Source: an uncultured Chloroflexia bacterium (GTDB taxonomy: Bacteria > Chloroflexota > Limnocylindria > Limnocylindrales > CSP1-4). Taken from it: a DNA stretch of 64,000 bases. Below are positions 27,937-37,101 of this stretch, piece by piece (positions within the stretch are counted from its first letter, which is position 1; each line of letters starts with the position of its first letter). The stretch lies in assembly GCA_963732805.1 (NCBI GenBank), contig CAVTAW010000001.1, positions 406,283 through 470,282 of the forward strand, written 5' to 3'. Position numbers and translations under genes: made by a program. Under the pieces are notes generated by a model. The model was not told the DNA's origin. It saw only the letters and a program-made list of their open reading frames with translations, and made no database searches.

Positions 27937-28277
27937 CGGTGGGGTGCGGCCCGCTGGCAGTCGATGCACAGGGCCGCCCAGGGGCGGGCCTCGAGGCGCT
28001 CGACGGGGATCTCCTGGCCGCAGGAGGTGCAGCGTCCGTAGCTGCCGTCGTCGACGCGGGCGAGCGCCGCGTCGATCGCGGCAAGGTGCTGCTCGTTGTG
28101 GTCGCGCAGCGCCAGGTCGCGCTGCTGCTCGAAGACATGCGCGGCGGCCGCGGCCTGCGAGCCATAGGTCATCGGCCCAGGGGCCTCGACCGCGGTCTCC
28201 TTGAGCTCGGCGAGCACCCGGGCGCGCTCCTCGAGCAGCGCGGAACGGGGATCCACCGGAGCGTTGGGCTCGTCCAT
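27933..28277 (-). CDS. TraR/DksA-family C4 zinc-finger protein
   Basis: C-terminal 'GRCTSCGQEI...ALCIDCQ' four-cysteine finger with an N-terminal coiled-coil-like region. Confidence 0.7.
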   Translation of the reverse strand: MDEPNAPVDPRSALLEERARVLAELKETAVEAPGPMTYGSQAAAAAHVFEQQRDLALRDHNEQHLAAIDAALARVDDGSYGRCTSCGQEIPVERLEARPWAALCIDCQRAAPHR

Positions 28278-28390
28278 CGCGCCATGCTAGCGCCCGGCCC
28301 CCTCGGACGGGATAGGGCCGTTCGGCCGATCCGCGGCGGCTGCGCTAGCCTCGGATCATCCGAATTGCAATCCGTCAGGAGCCCCGAAAC

Positions 28391-28564
28391 ATGGCGATCG
28401 AGAAGGACCCCGTCTGCGGCATGGACGTCGACACCGAGACGTCGCAGCTGTCCTGGGAGTACGAGGGCAAGACGTACTGGTTCTGCGGCAAGGGCTGCAT
28501 GCTCGAGTTCAAGGACGATCCCCGGAAGTACCTTGACCCGGCGTACGAGCCGCAAGGGATGTGA
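28391..28564 (+). CDS. YHS/TRASH-domain small metal (copper)-binding protein, 57 aa (absent from the supplied ORF track)
   Basis: Translated by hand: MAIEKDPVCGMDVDTETSQLSWEYEGKTYWFCGKGCMLEFKDDPRKYLDPAYEPQGM. 'DPVCGM...YEGKTYWFC..GC' is the YHS signature; AGGAG ~11 nt upstream. Confidence 0.6.
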   Translation: MAIEKDPVCGMDVDTETSQLSWEYEGKTYWFCGKGCMLEFKDDPRKYLDPAYEPQGM

Positions 28565-28759
28565 CCGCGGGCGACGCGCCGGGCACAGCCGCGCGTCCGC
28601 CCGCTTGCTCCCGATGACCGGCGAGCCCGGCAGGAGTCGATAAGCCGCAGATAAGGGGTCGCTGCGACACTGCGCGGCCCACCGCGTCGATCGGGCACTC
28701 CTCGGAGGGATCGGCTGCGGTGTCGAGACCCGGCCCGGCCGGGAGGGAGGCCGACCCCG

Positions 28760-28864
28760 ATGTCCGCACGTGTCCGTCGCCTGCTGGCGACGCTGGCGCC
28801 GCTCGTTCCGCCGGCGATGATGACGATCGCCGTGGTCGTGGAGGGAGCCAAGCGCTGGCGCTGA
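28760..28864 (+). CDS. Candidate micro-ORF (34 aa) with a strong RBS
   Basis: GGGAGGGAGG 9 nt upstream of the ATG. Translation MSARVRRLLATLAPLVPPAMMTIAVVVEGAKRWR; C-terminus resembles the micro-ORF at 38784..38882. Confidence 0.3.
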   Translation: MSARVRRLLATLAPLVPPAMMTIAVVVEGAKRWR

Positions 28865-28901
28865 CCGGCGTCAGCCAGGCGGGCGGCGCCCGGATCCGGG
28901 G

Positions 28902-29690
28902 TCAGGTCCGGCCCGCGGTCTCCCCGGTGTCGTTGGCCAGCCGCTGCGCCGCATAGACCGGGATCGCCGACAGGGCGATCAGCACGACCGCGACCACGTT
29001 CACCAGCGGGCGCTGGTTGGGCAACCGGAGGTTGGCCAGGATCCAGATGGGAAGCGTCTCCTGCGTGCCCGCCGTGAAGGTCGTCACGATCACCTCGTCG
29101 AACGACAGGGCGAAGGCGAGCATGCCACCCGCCAGCAGCGCCGTCCCGATGAGCGGCAGGGTCACATGGCGGAAGGTCTGTCCCGTGTCCGCGCCGAGAT
29201 CCATCGATGCCTCCTCCACCGATCGGGACGAGCGTCTCAGGCGGGCGACCACGTTGTTGTAGACGGTCACCACGCAGAAGGTCGCGTGGCCCACGATGAT
29301 CGTGAACATGCTGAACGGGACCCCGAACGTGTTGAACGTTGCGTTGAGGGCCATGCCGGTCACGATGCCGGGCAGCGCGATCGGCAGCAGCAGCACGAAC
29401 GAGACGACATCGCGGCCGAAGAACCGGAACCGGTGGACCGCGAAGGCCGCGAGGCTGCCGAGCAGGAGCGCGATCACCGTCGCGCCGACCGCCGTCTGGA
29501 GCGACAGCACCAGCGCGGCCCGGATCTCCTCGTTGGCGAATGCGTCGCCATACCAGTGGGTCGTGAACGACTGGATCGGCCAGGACTGCCCCCGGTCCGC
29601 ATTGAACGAGTACAGGACGATCGTGAAGATCGGCAGGTACAGGAACACGAGCACGCCCGCGGTCGCGATCCCGATCAGGCGACGGCCCAT
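28902..29690 (-). CDS. potC: Spermidine/putrescine ABC transporter permease PotC-like
   Basis: EAA loop 'EEASMDLGADTGQTFRHVTLPL'; six TM helices. Confidence 0.85.
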   Translation of the reverse strand: MGRRLIGIATAGVLVFLYLPIFTIVLYSFNADRGQSWPIQSFTTHWYGDAFANEEIRAALVLSLQTAVGATVIALLLGSLAAFAVHRFRFFGRDVVSFVLLLPIALPGIVTGMALNATFNTFGVPFSMFTIIVGHATFCVVTVYNNVVARLRRSSRSVEEASMDLGADTGQTFRHVTLPLIGTALLAGGMLAFALSFDEVIVTTFTAGTQETLPIWILANLRLPNQRPLVNVVAVVLIALSAIPVYAAQRLANDTGETAGRT

Positions 29691-29696
29691 TGCGGC

Positions 29697-30602
29697 CTAC
29701 AGCGCCTCGAACGCGCCGAGGCGGCGCGCGATCAGCAGATAGACGGCCATCACCAGCACCGGCACGGTCGCAAAGGCCGCGGCGAACGGCACGTTCCCGG
29801 CCACGCCCTGGCTGTCGTACACGACGTTGCCGATGAACTGGCTCTTGGACACGAGCCCGGGCGTGATGTAGTCGCCCAGGGTGAGCGAGAAGGTGAAGAT
29901 GGAGCCCGCCACCACCGCCGGGAAGGCGAGCGGCAGGATGACCCGGCGGAACGTCGTGGGCGGCCGGGCCCCAAGGTCGCCGGAGGCCTCGAACATCGAG
30001 GACGGGATCCGTTCCAGGCCCGCGTAGATGGGCAGGATCATGTACGGCAGCCAGATGTAGGTGAACACGATCACCATCGCGATGTCGCTCGGGTAGAGCG
30101 CGACACCGGGGATCCCCAGCTGCTGCAGGGTCCATTCCAGCGGTCCGCCCTGGGCGAGGATCACCCGCCACGCGTAGACCCGGACCAGGTAGCTGGACCA
30201 CAGCGGAAGCAGGACCAGCATGAACAGGATGGCGCGCGACCGGCGGCCCGCGTAGCGCGCCATGTACCACGCGATCGGGAACGCGAGCAGGGCGTCGAAC
30301 ACCGTGACCAGCGCCGCGACCCCGATCGTGCGCAGCGTGATCACCCGATACACGGGGTCCCGGATCAGCTGCTCGAAGTTGCGCAGCGTGAAGTCGTGCT
30401 TGATCGCGGACGTCAGCGGGTCGAGATACCAGAACGCGGTCACGAACAGGATCGCAAGCGACCCGAGGTAGACCACGCCGAACCAGCCGGTCGGCGGGGC
30501 GAGCAGCAGCAGGAGCTGCAGCGAACGATGCCGGTAGACGAACGCGAACAGGCGCCGCCGCAGGCTCTGCGGCGGCGTCGTCGGGAGCGCGCCGGTGGTC
30601 AT
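29697..30602 (-). CDS. potB: Spermidine/putrescine ABC transporter permease PotB-like
   Basis: 'FEASGDLGARPPTTFRRVILPLAFP'; six TM helices. Confidence 0.85.
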   Translation of the reverse strand: MTTGALPTTPPQSLRRRLFAFVYRHRSLQLLLLLAPPTGWFGVVYLGSLAILFVTAFWYLDPLTSAIKHDFTLRNFEQLIRDPVYRVITLRTIGVAALVTVFDALLAFPIAWYMARYAGRRSRAILFMLVLLPLWSSYLVRVYAWRVILAQGGPLEWTLQQLGIPGVALYPSDIAMVIVFTYIWLPYMILPIYAGLERIPSSMFEASGDLGARPPTTFRRVILPLAFPAVVAGSIFTFSLTLGDYITPGLVSKSQFIGNVVYDSQGVAGNVPFAAAFATVPVLVMAVYLLIARRLGAFEAL

Positions 30603-30660
30603 CGTCGCATCCGACCCGGGGACGCCCGGCAGGCGGTCGTCCCCGGGTCCGGCTTGTGGA

Positions 30661-31980
30661 TCAGCCCTTGATCTCGGTCCACTTCTGGGTCCAGACCGAG
30701 TAGTCCACGCAGGACTGGCCGCGGTCGTCGCCGCAGTCGGGGAGCGGGGTCTTCCAGAACGCGATGCTGTTGTAGAAGGCCGGGTCGTTGACGTTGTACG
30801 CGGTGCAGAACCCGGGCAGCGCGTACGAGCCGTAGCCCGCGTCCAGGTACTTGCACGCCTTGGGGTTGGCGGGCGCTTCGCCGAAGTACTCGGCGACCTG
30901 GGTCTGGACCTCGGGCGTGAGCATCCAGGTCATCCACTTGAGCATGCAGTTGGGATGCTGGGCGTTGGACGACATCATCCAGGTGTCGGCCCACCCGGTC
31001 ATGCCCTCGGTGGGGACCACCTGGGCGACGGGGACGTCCTCACCCTTGAGGGTGTTGTACTGGTACGGCCAGGTCGTCCCGACGACCGTGGTGCCGCTCT
31101 TGAAGTTGTCGATCTCGTCCGAGAACGCGGCCCAGTACTTGCCGACCAATGGCTGCTGCTGCTTGAGCAGATCCACCGCGGCATTGAGCTGATCCTGCGT
31201 CAGCTCGTACGGGTCGGTGATGCCCAGGTCGGGATTGTGGGCCTTAAGGTACAGCGCCGCGTCGGCGATGTAGATCGGGCTGTCGTAGTCCGTGATCTTG
31301 CCCGCATACGGCTGGGCCTTGGCGGCGTCGAACACCACGTCCCAGCTGGTCGGGGCCGGGGTGACCATGTCGGTCCGGTACAGCAGCGTGTTGCCGCCCC
31401 AGCCATGAGGCGTGCCGTAGTGCTTGCCGTCCACCACGTAGTGCGGTGCGTTCTGCAGGAACGGGGCAACGTCGGCGAAGCCCGGGATCGTCGCTGGGTC
31501 GATCGCCGCGACATCGCCGTTGGCGATCAGGCGCAGCGTCGCGTCACCGGACGCGCTGACACCATCGTAGGTCGAGCCGCCGCCCTGGCGGAGCAGCGTG
31601 ACCATCTCGTCCGACGTGTTGCCGACCTTGGTCGAGACCTTGCAGCCGGTCTCGTCCTCGAACGGTGTCACCCAGTCGTACTCGGGCACATTGGAGCCGT
31701 CCTCGGCGTACCCGCCCCAGATGATCAGGTTGAGGGCACCCTCGCCCTGGCCGCCGACCGTGCTCAGGTCGACCGCCGGCTTCAGGGGTGTGATCGTGCC
31801 GTAGTCGCTCGGGATCAGCGACGCCGCGACCGACGGGGCCACTGATTCGGCGGGAGCCGAGCCCGTGGGCGAGGCAGGCACCGTGGGCGCCACTGACGGT
31901 GCCGGGGTGGTCGTGCTGCCCGAGCACGCGCCCGCGACGAGCGCCGCCGCCGCCGCCAGGCTGAGGACCTGCTTGCGCAT
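30661..31980 (-). CDS. potD: Polyamine ABC transporter substrate-binding lipoprotein (PotD/PotF-like)
   Basis: Lipobox 'LVAGACSGS'. Large extracytoplasmic binding-protein fold with PotD-like aromatic-rich core. Confidence 0.8.
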   Translation of the reverse strand: MRKQVLSLAAAAALVAGACSGSTTTPAPSVAPTVPASPTGSAPAESVAPSVAASLIPSDYGTITPLKPAVDLSTVGGQGEGALNLIIWGGYAEDGSNVPEYDWVTPFEDETGCKVSTKVGNTSDEMVTLLRQGGGSTYDGVSASGDATLRLIANGDVAAIDPATIPGFADVAPFLQNAPHYVVDGKHYGTPHGWGGNTLLYRTDMVTPAPTSWDVVFDAAKAQPYAGKITDYDSPIYIADAALYLKAHNPDLGITDPYELTQDQLNAAVDLLKQQQPLVGKYWAAFSDEIDNFKSGTTVVGTTWPYQYNTLKGEDVPVAQVVPTEGMTGWADTWMMSSNAQHPNCMLKWMTWMLTPEVQTQVAEYFGEAPANPKACKYLDAGYGSYALPGFCTAYNVNDPAFYNSIAFWKTPLPDCGDDRGQSCVDYSVWTQKWTEIKG

Positions 31981-32016
31981 CCTCCTGTCTCCTCCTCTGG
32001 TTGGATCGTGCCGGGC

Positions 32017-33101
32017 CTAGGCCCCGGCGATCTCGCGATGGTGCTGTCGCTTCCAGATCAGGCGGACAGCGCGCCCCTGCTGCGCGAGCGCCTCGTTGGA
32101 GGTCGTCGCGAGGTTCTGCTGGGTGACCACGAGCTCCTCGCCCGTGTCGAGCGCGACGTGGTAGCGCGTGTCCGGACCCAGGTACACGACGCTCCGGATT
32201 CGGCCGGTTGCCGAGTACTCGTCGGGCTGGGCGACCGCGCCGGGATCGTCCATGCGGATCTTCTCCGGCCTTACCGTGAACAGCCCGGAGCGACCCGTGA
32301 TGGCGACGGCGGCGTCGCCGCCGATCAGGTTCGACGTGCCGACGAAGCCGGCGACGAAGGTCGTGGCAGGTTCCTCGTAGACGGACGCCGGCGCCCCGAC
32401 CTGCTCGATACGGCCGCGGTTGAACACCGCGATCCGGTCGCTCATCGTGAGCGCCTCTTCCTGGTCGTGGGTGACGTAGATGAACGTGATGCCCACCTCG
32501 TGCTGGATCTGGTGGAGCTCGAGCTGCATCTCCTGGCGGAGCTTGAGATCGAGCGCCCCGAGCGGCTCGTCCAGGAGCAGCACCCGTGGCCGGTTGATGA
32601 GCGCCCGGGCGAGCGCGACCCGCTGGCGCTGGCCGCCGGACAGCTGGCCGGGCTTGCGGCGCTCGTAGCCCTCGAGCCGGACCATCGCCAGCGCCTCGCC
32701 GACGCGGCGTTCGCGTTCGGACCTCGGTACCTTGCGCACCAGCAGGCCGTAGCCGACGTTCTCGCCCACGGTCATGTGCGGGAACAGGGCATAGTCCTGG
32801 AACACCGTGTTGACGTCGCGCTCGAACGGGGCGAGGTGGGTGACGTCCTGGCCGTGCAGCAGGATGCGACCCTCCGTCGGCAGCTCGAAGCCGGCGATCA
32901 TCCGGAGCGTGGTGGTCTTGCCAGAGCCGGACGGCCCGAGCATCGAGAAGAACTCGCCGTCGGCGATCTCGAGATCGATCCCGGCCACCGCGACCACGTC
33001 ACCGAAGCGCTTTCGGATGCCCTCGAGGCGCACCGCGGAGCCGGCGTCACCGCTGCGGTCGCGGGTCGCCGCGGCGACCGGGTCCACGGGGGCGGCAGTC
33101 A
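32017..33101 (-). CDS. potA: Polyamine ABC transporter ATP-binding protein PotA-like
   Basis: Walker A 'GPSGSGKTT', signature '[15 protein letters not shown]', Walker B '[11 protein letters not shown]', C-terminal TOBE-like domain. Start GTG 33101 is tentative. Confidence 0.85.
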
Positions 33102-33266
33102 CTCGGAATCGGGCTCCTGGTGGTGACGGACGGACCGTCGGCACGCGGACACCCTTGGGTGCGCCCGCTCCTCCGGCCGTCGGGTGGACGCACGCTATTC
33201 GCCGCCGCATCGCGGTGTCAAGCACGATCCGCCACGTGGTCTCCGGAAGTCCAGCATCATGGCGCC

Positions 33267-33848
33267 GTGCACGCCGCGCCCTGCCCTGCCGACCGTCGGC
33301 GCATCCCCGTCGCCCTCCTGGGCCTGGTTGGTGTGGCGCTGCTGCTGACTGCCTGCGATGCCGGGCCTGATCACACCCCGCCGATCACGCCCGGCACGGC
33401 GTCGACGCCGCGCGAGGTCAACATCGTTGCCCGGGACTACGGCTACGCCCCGTCGGTCGTCGATCTGGTCCCGGGCGAGACCGTGGTCCTCCACGTCATC
33501 AACGGGGGGCTCGAGACCCACGAGGCCGTGGTCGGCACCCTCGAGGACCAGCTGGCGTGGGAGAGCGCCGAGGCCGCCACCGTCGGCCTCCCGCCCGGGC
33601 CGACGCCGGTGATCCCGGATCCGCCCGGTTTCGAGGGCGCACGGACGGTGGTCGGATCCGGGCAGCGGATGGACATCACGTGGACCGTGCCGCTCGACGC
33701 CGCGGCCGCCGCGAATGGCTGGTTCGTGGGCTGCCACATCCCGGGTCACTGGGCTAAAGGCATGGTCGTGCCGGTCCGGCTGGTCGGGCCGGATGGCCGG
33801 CCGCTCGGCACCGTCCCGCCGCTTCCCGGTCCCTCGACCGCCCACTGA
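33267..33848 (+). CDS. Cupredoxin (plastocyanin/azurin-like blue copper) lipoprotein
   Basis: GTG start. Signal peptide plus lipobox 'ALLLTAC'. '[15 protein letters not shown]' and '[15 protein letters not shown]' provide H, C, H, M ligands. Confidence 0.7.
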   Translation: MHAAPCPADRRRIPVALLGLVGVALLLTACDAGPDHTPPITPGTASTPREVNIVARDYGYAPSVVDLVPGETVVLHVINGGLETHEAVVGTLEDQLAWESAEAATVGLPPGPTPVIPDPPGFEGARTVVGSGQRMDITWTVPLDAAAAANGWFVGCHIPGHWAKGMVVPVRLVGPDGRPLGTVPPLPGPSTAH

Positions 33849-34025
33849 TCCGGGCGGGCGCCCGCGGCGATCCGACCCCGCGGCGACCCGACCCCGGGGC
33901 GAGCCGACCTCGCCTCGCGCGGGCCTGCGCGCCGTCCGCGTGACCGCCGCGCGGTGGTACGCTCTTGGCGGTGCGCGGGCGCCCGGGCGCCCCCGGCTCA
34001 GGCCCTTCAGGAGACGTTTCAGACC

Positions 34026-34313
34026 ATGACCTACACCATTGCCGAGCCCTGCGTCGACGTGATGGACCAGTCCTGCGTGTCTGTCTGCCCGGTGGATTGC
34101 ATCCACTACGAGGAAGGCGTCGACCGCACGCTGTTCATCGACCCCAACGAGTGCATCGACTGCGGCGCATGCGAGCCTGAGTGCCCGGTCAACGCCATCT
34201 TCCCTGAGGAGAGCGTGCCCGCCGAGTGGGCGGAGTACACGCCCGTCAACGCGCTCTGGTTCACCGACAAGGCAGCCGCCCGGGCGGCGATCGACAGGCT
34301 CAAGCCCGCCTGA
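34026..34313 (+). CDS. fdxA: 7Fe ferredoxin (FdxA-type, 3Fe-4S + 4Fe-4S)
   Basis: 'MTYTIAEPCVDVMDQSCVSVCPVDCIHYEEG...IDPNECIDCGACEPECPVNAIF'. Confidence 0.85.
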   Translation: MTYTIAEPCVDVMDQSCVSVCPVDCIHYEEGVDRTLFIDPNECIDCGACEPECPVNAIFPEESVPAEWAEYTPVNALWFTDKAAARAAIDRLKPA

Positions 34314-34356
34314 CCCTCAAGGCGCCGCGGCGGGCGTATCGCCGTCGCCAGTCTTC

Positions 34357-34390
34357 GGCCCCGCACCTGGCTGCGGGGCCGTTCGATTCC
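34357..34390 (+). terminator. Hairpin terminator after fdxA
   Basis: 9-bp stem GGCCCCGCA/TGCGGGGCC with a 6-nt loop, followed by GTTCGATTCC. Confidence 0.45.
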
Positions 34391-34435
34391 GGGCGACCCC
34401 CGGGAGAACAGGGCCGGCAACCGTAGACTGGGCGG

Positions 34436-35284
34436 ATGCGCATCGTGTCCCTCCTGCCATCGGCCACGGAGATCGTGTTCGCGATCGGGCGGGGCGGCGA
34501 CCTGGTCGGCGTCGCCGAAGGGAGCGACCACCCTCCCGAAGCCCGTGGAATCCCGGTCGTGACCCGGTCCGGAGCACTCGTCCAGGAAGCGCTCGAGGCC
34601 GTCGAACCGGACCTCGTCATCGCCCCCGACACGGGACGCCGCCGTTCGCCCGGTCCGCCCGGCTTCTCCGACGCCGCGCTGCAGGCCGGCCGGGATGCGA
34701 CGGTGCTTCGGCTGAGCCCAACATCCGTGGAAGGGATCCTCAACTCGATCCAGGCCATCGGCGCGATGACCGAGTCCGAGGACGCCGCGATGTTCGTGGT
34801 CGAGGGGTTGCGCGAACGGCTCCAGGCCGTGGAGGAGATCGTGGTCGGTCGCCGTGATCACGGCTTCCAGCCACCGCGGGTCGCGGCGATCGGATCGTTG
34901 GAGCCGCTCATGACCACGGGGTTCTGGGTGCCCGAGCAGGTCCGCCTGGCCGGTGGCTGGGAGCTGCTGGGGACCGATGGGGGCGCACCGACCGAGACGA
35001 CCTGGGCCTCGATCGCCGAGGTGGATCCCGAGATCATCGTCCTCATGCCGCGTGGATTGGACCTCCTCGGGGCGATCGGAGCCTGGGCCCGGCTGGAACG
35101 GCCGGCCGGATGGCCGGAGCTGCGGGCCGTCCACGAGGGCCGCACATTCGCGGTCGACGGACGCGGCCTGTTCGAGCGGCCCGGGCCGCGCGTCATCGAC
35201 GGCATCGAGGTGCTCACGGAGCTGATCGACCCCGTGGCGTTCGACGGCATGTCCCCGCCCGGCAGCTGGGAGCGGGTCGACTGA
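34436..35284 (+). CDS. Periplasmic-binding-protein fold protein (BtuF/FecB/TroA-like) with no signal peptide
   Basis: 'MRIVSLLPSATEIVFAIG...DLVGV' is typical of the BtuF/FecB cluster. No N-terminal hydrophobic segment. Confidence 0.65.
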   Translation: MRIVSLLPSATEIVFAIGRGGDLVGVAEGSDHPPEARGIPVVTRSGALVQEALEAVEPDLVIAPDTGRRRSPGPPGFSDAALQAGRDATVLRLSPTSVEGILNSIQAIGAMTESEDAAMFVVEGLRERLQAVEEIVVGRRDHGFQPPRVAAIGSLEPLMTTGFWVPEQVRLAGGWELLGTDGGAPTETTWASIAEVDPEIIVLMPRGLDLLGAIGAWARLERPAGWPELRAVHEGRTFAVDGRGLFERPGPRVIDGIEVLTELIDPVAFDGMSPPGSWERVD

Positions 35285-35292
35285 GCGGCGCG

Positions 35293-36165
35293 GTGCCCGG
35301 GCCCGCGACGCCGTTTCGGGCTCACTTCGACTGCCTGTGGTGCGGGGCCACGTGGGTCACGCGCGGGTCCGGTGACCTCGAGGGGTGGGCACAGCTCTGC
35401 CCGACCTGCCTGGGCAAGGCCGGCTCGAACGCGTTCCTCCGGGGTCGGGTGCGGCAAGCGATCATCGCGCGCGCTGCCGGCGCCGCGCGCGAGGGAAGCC
35501 CGGCCGGCGCCGCGCGCGAGGGAAGCCCGGCCCGCGCCGCCTCCACGCGCCGGCCGCCGGCGCCGGCCGCCGTCCCGGTCGCGTTTCCCGACGAGTGGTT
35601 CCTCCGGCGAGGCCCGTACGAGCACGGCCCGGTCCACGATGCCGCCTGGGAGGCCGAGCTCGACGTCGTCACTCGCTGGCTGGACGATCTTCCGTTGGCC
35701 GGCCGGATCGACGAGCCGGCCGCGGGCGTCGGGTTCTTCTCCCCGTTGCTGGCCGGGAAGGGCGTGCTGCACGCGTCGGACCCGGACGGCCCGGCCCTGG
35801 ACCAGGCTCGCGCGCGCCTGGTCGCGCACGGGCTGCGTGCCCACCTCCACGTCGCCGATCCCCTCCGGCGCGATCCGGGCGATGCGCCCGCGGATGCCGT
35901 GCTGGCTGCGTTCCTGCTGGGCCGGGTCCGGGGTGCGGGCCTCGATGCGCTGGCGGCCTCGCTCCGTGCGCGACTGCGGCCAGGTGGGCGGCTCGCCCTC
36001 GTGGACCTCCGGCCGGATCCCGCCGGCGGACCGCCGGCGGGCATTCCCTGGACCTGGCACGCGCCGGAGCTCGTGGTCGCCGCCCTCCTGCGGGCCGGGT
36101 TCGCACGCCTGGAGAGCGGCTTCACGGGGCGCTACTTCCTGCTCGTGACCGCCGAGGCCGCCTGA
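35293..36165 (+). CDS. Putative class I SAM-dependent methyltransferase with N-terminal CxxC...CxxC zinc-ribbon
   Basis: 'FDCLWCG...CPTC', then MTase-like motifs ('DEPAAGVGFFS', 'VLHASDPDG', 'LRPGGRLALVD'). Contains a perfect 27-bp tandem repeat. Confidence 0.45.
   Translation: MPGPATPFRAHFDCLWCGATWVTRGSGDLEGWAQLCPTCLGKAGSNAFLRGRVRQAIIARAAGAAREGSPAGAAREGSPARAASTRRPPAPAAVPVAFPDEWFLRRGPYEHGPVHDAAWEAELDVVTRWLDDLPLAGRIDEPAAGVGFFSPLLAGKGVLHASDPDGPALDQARARLVAHGLRAHLHVADPLRRDPGDAPADAVLAAFLLGRVRGAGLDALAASLRARLRPGGRLALVDLRPDPAGGPPAGIPWTWHAPELVVAALLRAGFARLESGFTGRYFLLVTAEAA
35479..35532. repeat. Perfect 27-bp tandem repeat x2 (ggcgccgcgcgcgagggaagcccggcc) inside the MTase-like gene
   Basis: Seen directly in the sequence; encodes 'AGAAREGSP' twice. 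Confidence 0.85.
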
Positions 36166-36187
36166 CCCGGTGCTATCCTCCGGCCGC

Positions 36188-37078
36188 ATGTCTCCCCTCG
36201 CGGATCGAAGGATCGCCACCGTCGGGTCGGGCGTCATGGCCGAGGCCATGATCGCCGGCCTGCTGCGCGGCCGCCTCGTCGCGCCGTCGCAGGTGGTGGC
36301 CAGTCATCCGCGAGCGGAGCGGCGCGACGCCCTCGCGACGGCCCACGGGATCCACACGGTCGCCTCGAACGTCGAGGCGATCGACGGCGCGGACGTCGTG
36401 ATCCTGGCGGTCAAGCCGCAGATGCTTGCCCGCGTGGGGCGCGAGATCGGCCCCCACCTGCGCCAAGGGCAGCTGGTCCTGTCGGTGCTGGCCGGGCCCA
36501 CGACCCAGGCGCTGGTCGCCACGCTGGGGCACGACCAGGTCGTGCGCGCGATGCCCAACACGCCGGCTCGGATCGGCAACGGCATGACGGTCTGGTATGC
36601 GACGCCGGCGACCACGGAGGACCAGCGCGCCCAGGCCAAGGCGCTCCTGGGCACACTCGGCGCCGAGCTCGAGGTGGACGACGAAAAGTGGGTCGCGATG
36701 GCCACGGCCGTATCGGGCACGGGGCCCGCCTACGTGTTCCTGGTCATGGAGGCCCTGATCGACGCTGCAGTCCACCTGGGCTTCCCGCGCCACATCGCCC
36801 ATGACCTCGTGATCGAGACGCTCGAAGGCAGCACCCTGTTCGCGAAGCAGACCGGTGACCACCCGGCCGTCCTGCGCAACATGGTCACGTCGCCGGCGGG
36901 GACCAGCGCTGCCGCCCTCCACGAGCTGGAATCGGGTCGCCTGCGGACGGTGCTCAGCGAGGCGGTCTGGGCGGCCTTCCGCCGAACCGTGGAGCTGGGC
37001 GACCAGATGGAGGCCCAGGTGGACGCCGATCGGTCGGCGGGACCCGTGGGCGCCGGTCGTCGGAGCCGCCGCGCCTGA
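36188..37078 (+). CDS. proC: Pyrroline-5-carboxylate reductase
   Basis: 'RIATVGSGVMAEAMIAGL', 'VKPQ', 'AVSGTGPAYVFLVMEALIDAAV'. Confidence 0.85.
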   Translation: MSPLADRRIATVGSGVMAEAMIAGLLRGRLVAPSQVVASHPRAERRDALATAHGIHTVASNVEAIDGADVVILAVKPQMLARVGREIGPHLRQGQLVLSVLAGPTTQALVATLGHDQVVRAMPNTPARIGNGMTVWYATPATTEDQRAQAKALLGTLGAELEVDDEKWVAMATAVSGTGPAYVFLVMEALIDAAVHLGFPRHIAHDLVIETLEGSTLFAKQTGDHPAVLRNMVTSPAGTSAAALHELESGRLRTVLSEAVWAAFRRTVELGDQMEAQVDADRSAGPVGAGRRSRRA

Positions 37079-37101
37079 CCCCGGGTCGGCCCGTGTGCGG
37101 A

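Noticed and set aside
28375-30270. 631-aa minus ORF spanning the YHS micro-ORF region and potC/potB
   Set aside because: Out of frame with the PotB/PotC permease sequences and with no motifs. Its 3-prime part is antisense to the YHS gene.
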